This document shows, one piece after another, positions 63,201 to 64,000 of a stretch of 64,000 bases of DNA. The DNA is from Ignavibacteriota bacterium (lineage in GTDB: Bacteria; Bacteroidota; Ignavibacteria; UBA10030): contig OY969585.1 in NCBI GenBank assembly GCA_963701295.1, positions 2,304,001 through 2,368,000 of the forward strand, given 5' to 3'. A program made the position numbers and the translations under genes. Under the pieces are notes generated by a model. That model made no database searches. It was given only the letters and a program-made list of their open reading frames with translations, and was not told where the DNA came from. Position 1 is the first letter of the stretch, and every line of letters starts with the position of its first letter.

Positions 63201-64000
63201 ATGAAGCAAGATGTAAAATTTAAGTCGAATGAATGGGCGCTTATCCTTGGGGCATCAAGCGGATTTGGAGCTGCCACAGCTATTGAATTAGCAAAACATG
63301 GAATGAATATTTTTGGTGTGCATCTTGATCGTCAAGCAACCATGACTAATGTGCAAAACCTTATCAAAGAAATTAAACATACAGGTGCGAAAACAGTATT
63401 TTACAATATCAATGCGGCTGATAATATTAAACGGAACGAGACGCTCGACGATATTCAGGAACAATTTGGAAATGATTCATTGTCAACTGTTAAAGTATTC
63501 ATTCATTCTCTTGCATTTGGAACCTTGAAATCATTTTTCGCTAAAAAACAGGAAGACGCAATAACACAGGCTCAAATGGAAATGACCGTTGACGTGATGG
63601 CACATAGTCTTGTATATTGGGTACAAGGGCTTCTCACTCGCAATCTTATCAAACGTGGTGGACGGATTTTTGGCATGACAAGTTCCGGTGGTCATACAGC
63701 AATGCCCTTTTACGGTGCGGTGTCAGCTGCAAAAGCAAGCCTCGAATCGCATATTAGACAATTGACCATGGAACTTGGGCCTCGGGGCATTACATCAAAC
63801 GCAATTATGGCGGGAGTAACGGACACTCCGGCGTTGCGCAAGATACCTGGAAATGTAAAGATGGTTGAAGCTGCGTGTCTGAAGAACCCTACCGGACGGC
63901 TTACGACACCGGAAGATGTTGCGAGGGCAATTGTTCTTCTTTCTTCAGAGGAAGCTAACTGGATATCTGGCAATGTCCTTGGAGTTGACGGAGGCGAAGA
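63201..64000 (+). CDS. Enoyl-ACP reductase-like SDR (FabL/FabI type), truncated at window end
   Basis: Hand translation: ALILGASSGFG, HSLAFG, YGAVSAAK (Yx6K), AGVTDTPAL, NPTGRLTTPEDVA, WISG..VDGG. Not in the ORF track because there is no stop within the window. Confidence 0.85.
   Translation, partial: MKQDVKFKSNEWALILGASSGFGAATAIELAKHGMNIFGVHLDRQATMTNVQNLIKEIKHTGAKTVFYNINAADNIKRNETLDDIQEQFGNDSLSTVKVFIHSLAFGTLKSFFAKKQEDAITQAQMEMTVDVMAHSLVYWVQGLLTRNLIKRGGRIFGMTSSGGHTAMPFYGAVSAAKASLESHIRQLTMELGPRGITSNAIMAGVTDTPALRKIPGNVKMVEAACLKNPTGRLTTPEDVARAIVLLSSEEANWISGNVLGVDGGE

Overview
A mostly housekeeping, almost entirely + strand chromosomal segment from an FCB-group bacterium, most likely Ignavibacteria-like. 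This assignment rests on a T9SS C-terminal sorting domain, GWxTD/DUF4783/DUF1844-type proteins, gatC, Shine-Dalgarno sites and sigma70-type -35/-10 promoters. It holds about 48 CDS, including a GH3 with CTD, a carbamoyltransferase with SxtJ/SxtK-like partners, a GH57/GH13 glucan locus, LPS genes, an RsbU/V/W/U module, pyrG, a 6-PAS hybrid kinase, recG, leuS, pyrR-B-C with a PyrR attenuator and glmS, plus four tRNAs (Asp, Arg, Ala, Val). Most notable: (1) a 343-bp-period unit behind tRNA-Ala(GGC) in which a small intact GIY-YIG nuclease gene ends in a copy of the tRNA whose anticodon arm is exactly replaced by a foreign 27-nt palindrome, with a related palindrome in a terminator elsewhere; (2) an operon of two Ddl-like ATP-grasp ligases, a GNAT and a lysine 2,3-aminomutase; (3) an intact GH13 lipoprotein lacking two of its three catalytic acids next to a frameshifted GH57; (4) a displaced 5' half of tRNA-Asp bracketing a 2.9-kb islet; (5) a three-copy covarying palindrome, two copies of which flank the hybrid kinase. 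All family assignments are from motif recognition by eye; no database searches were run.
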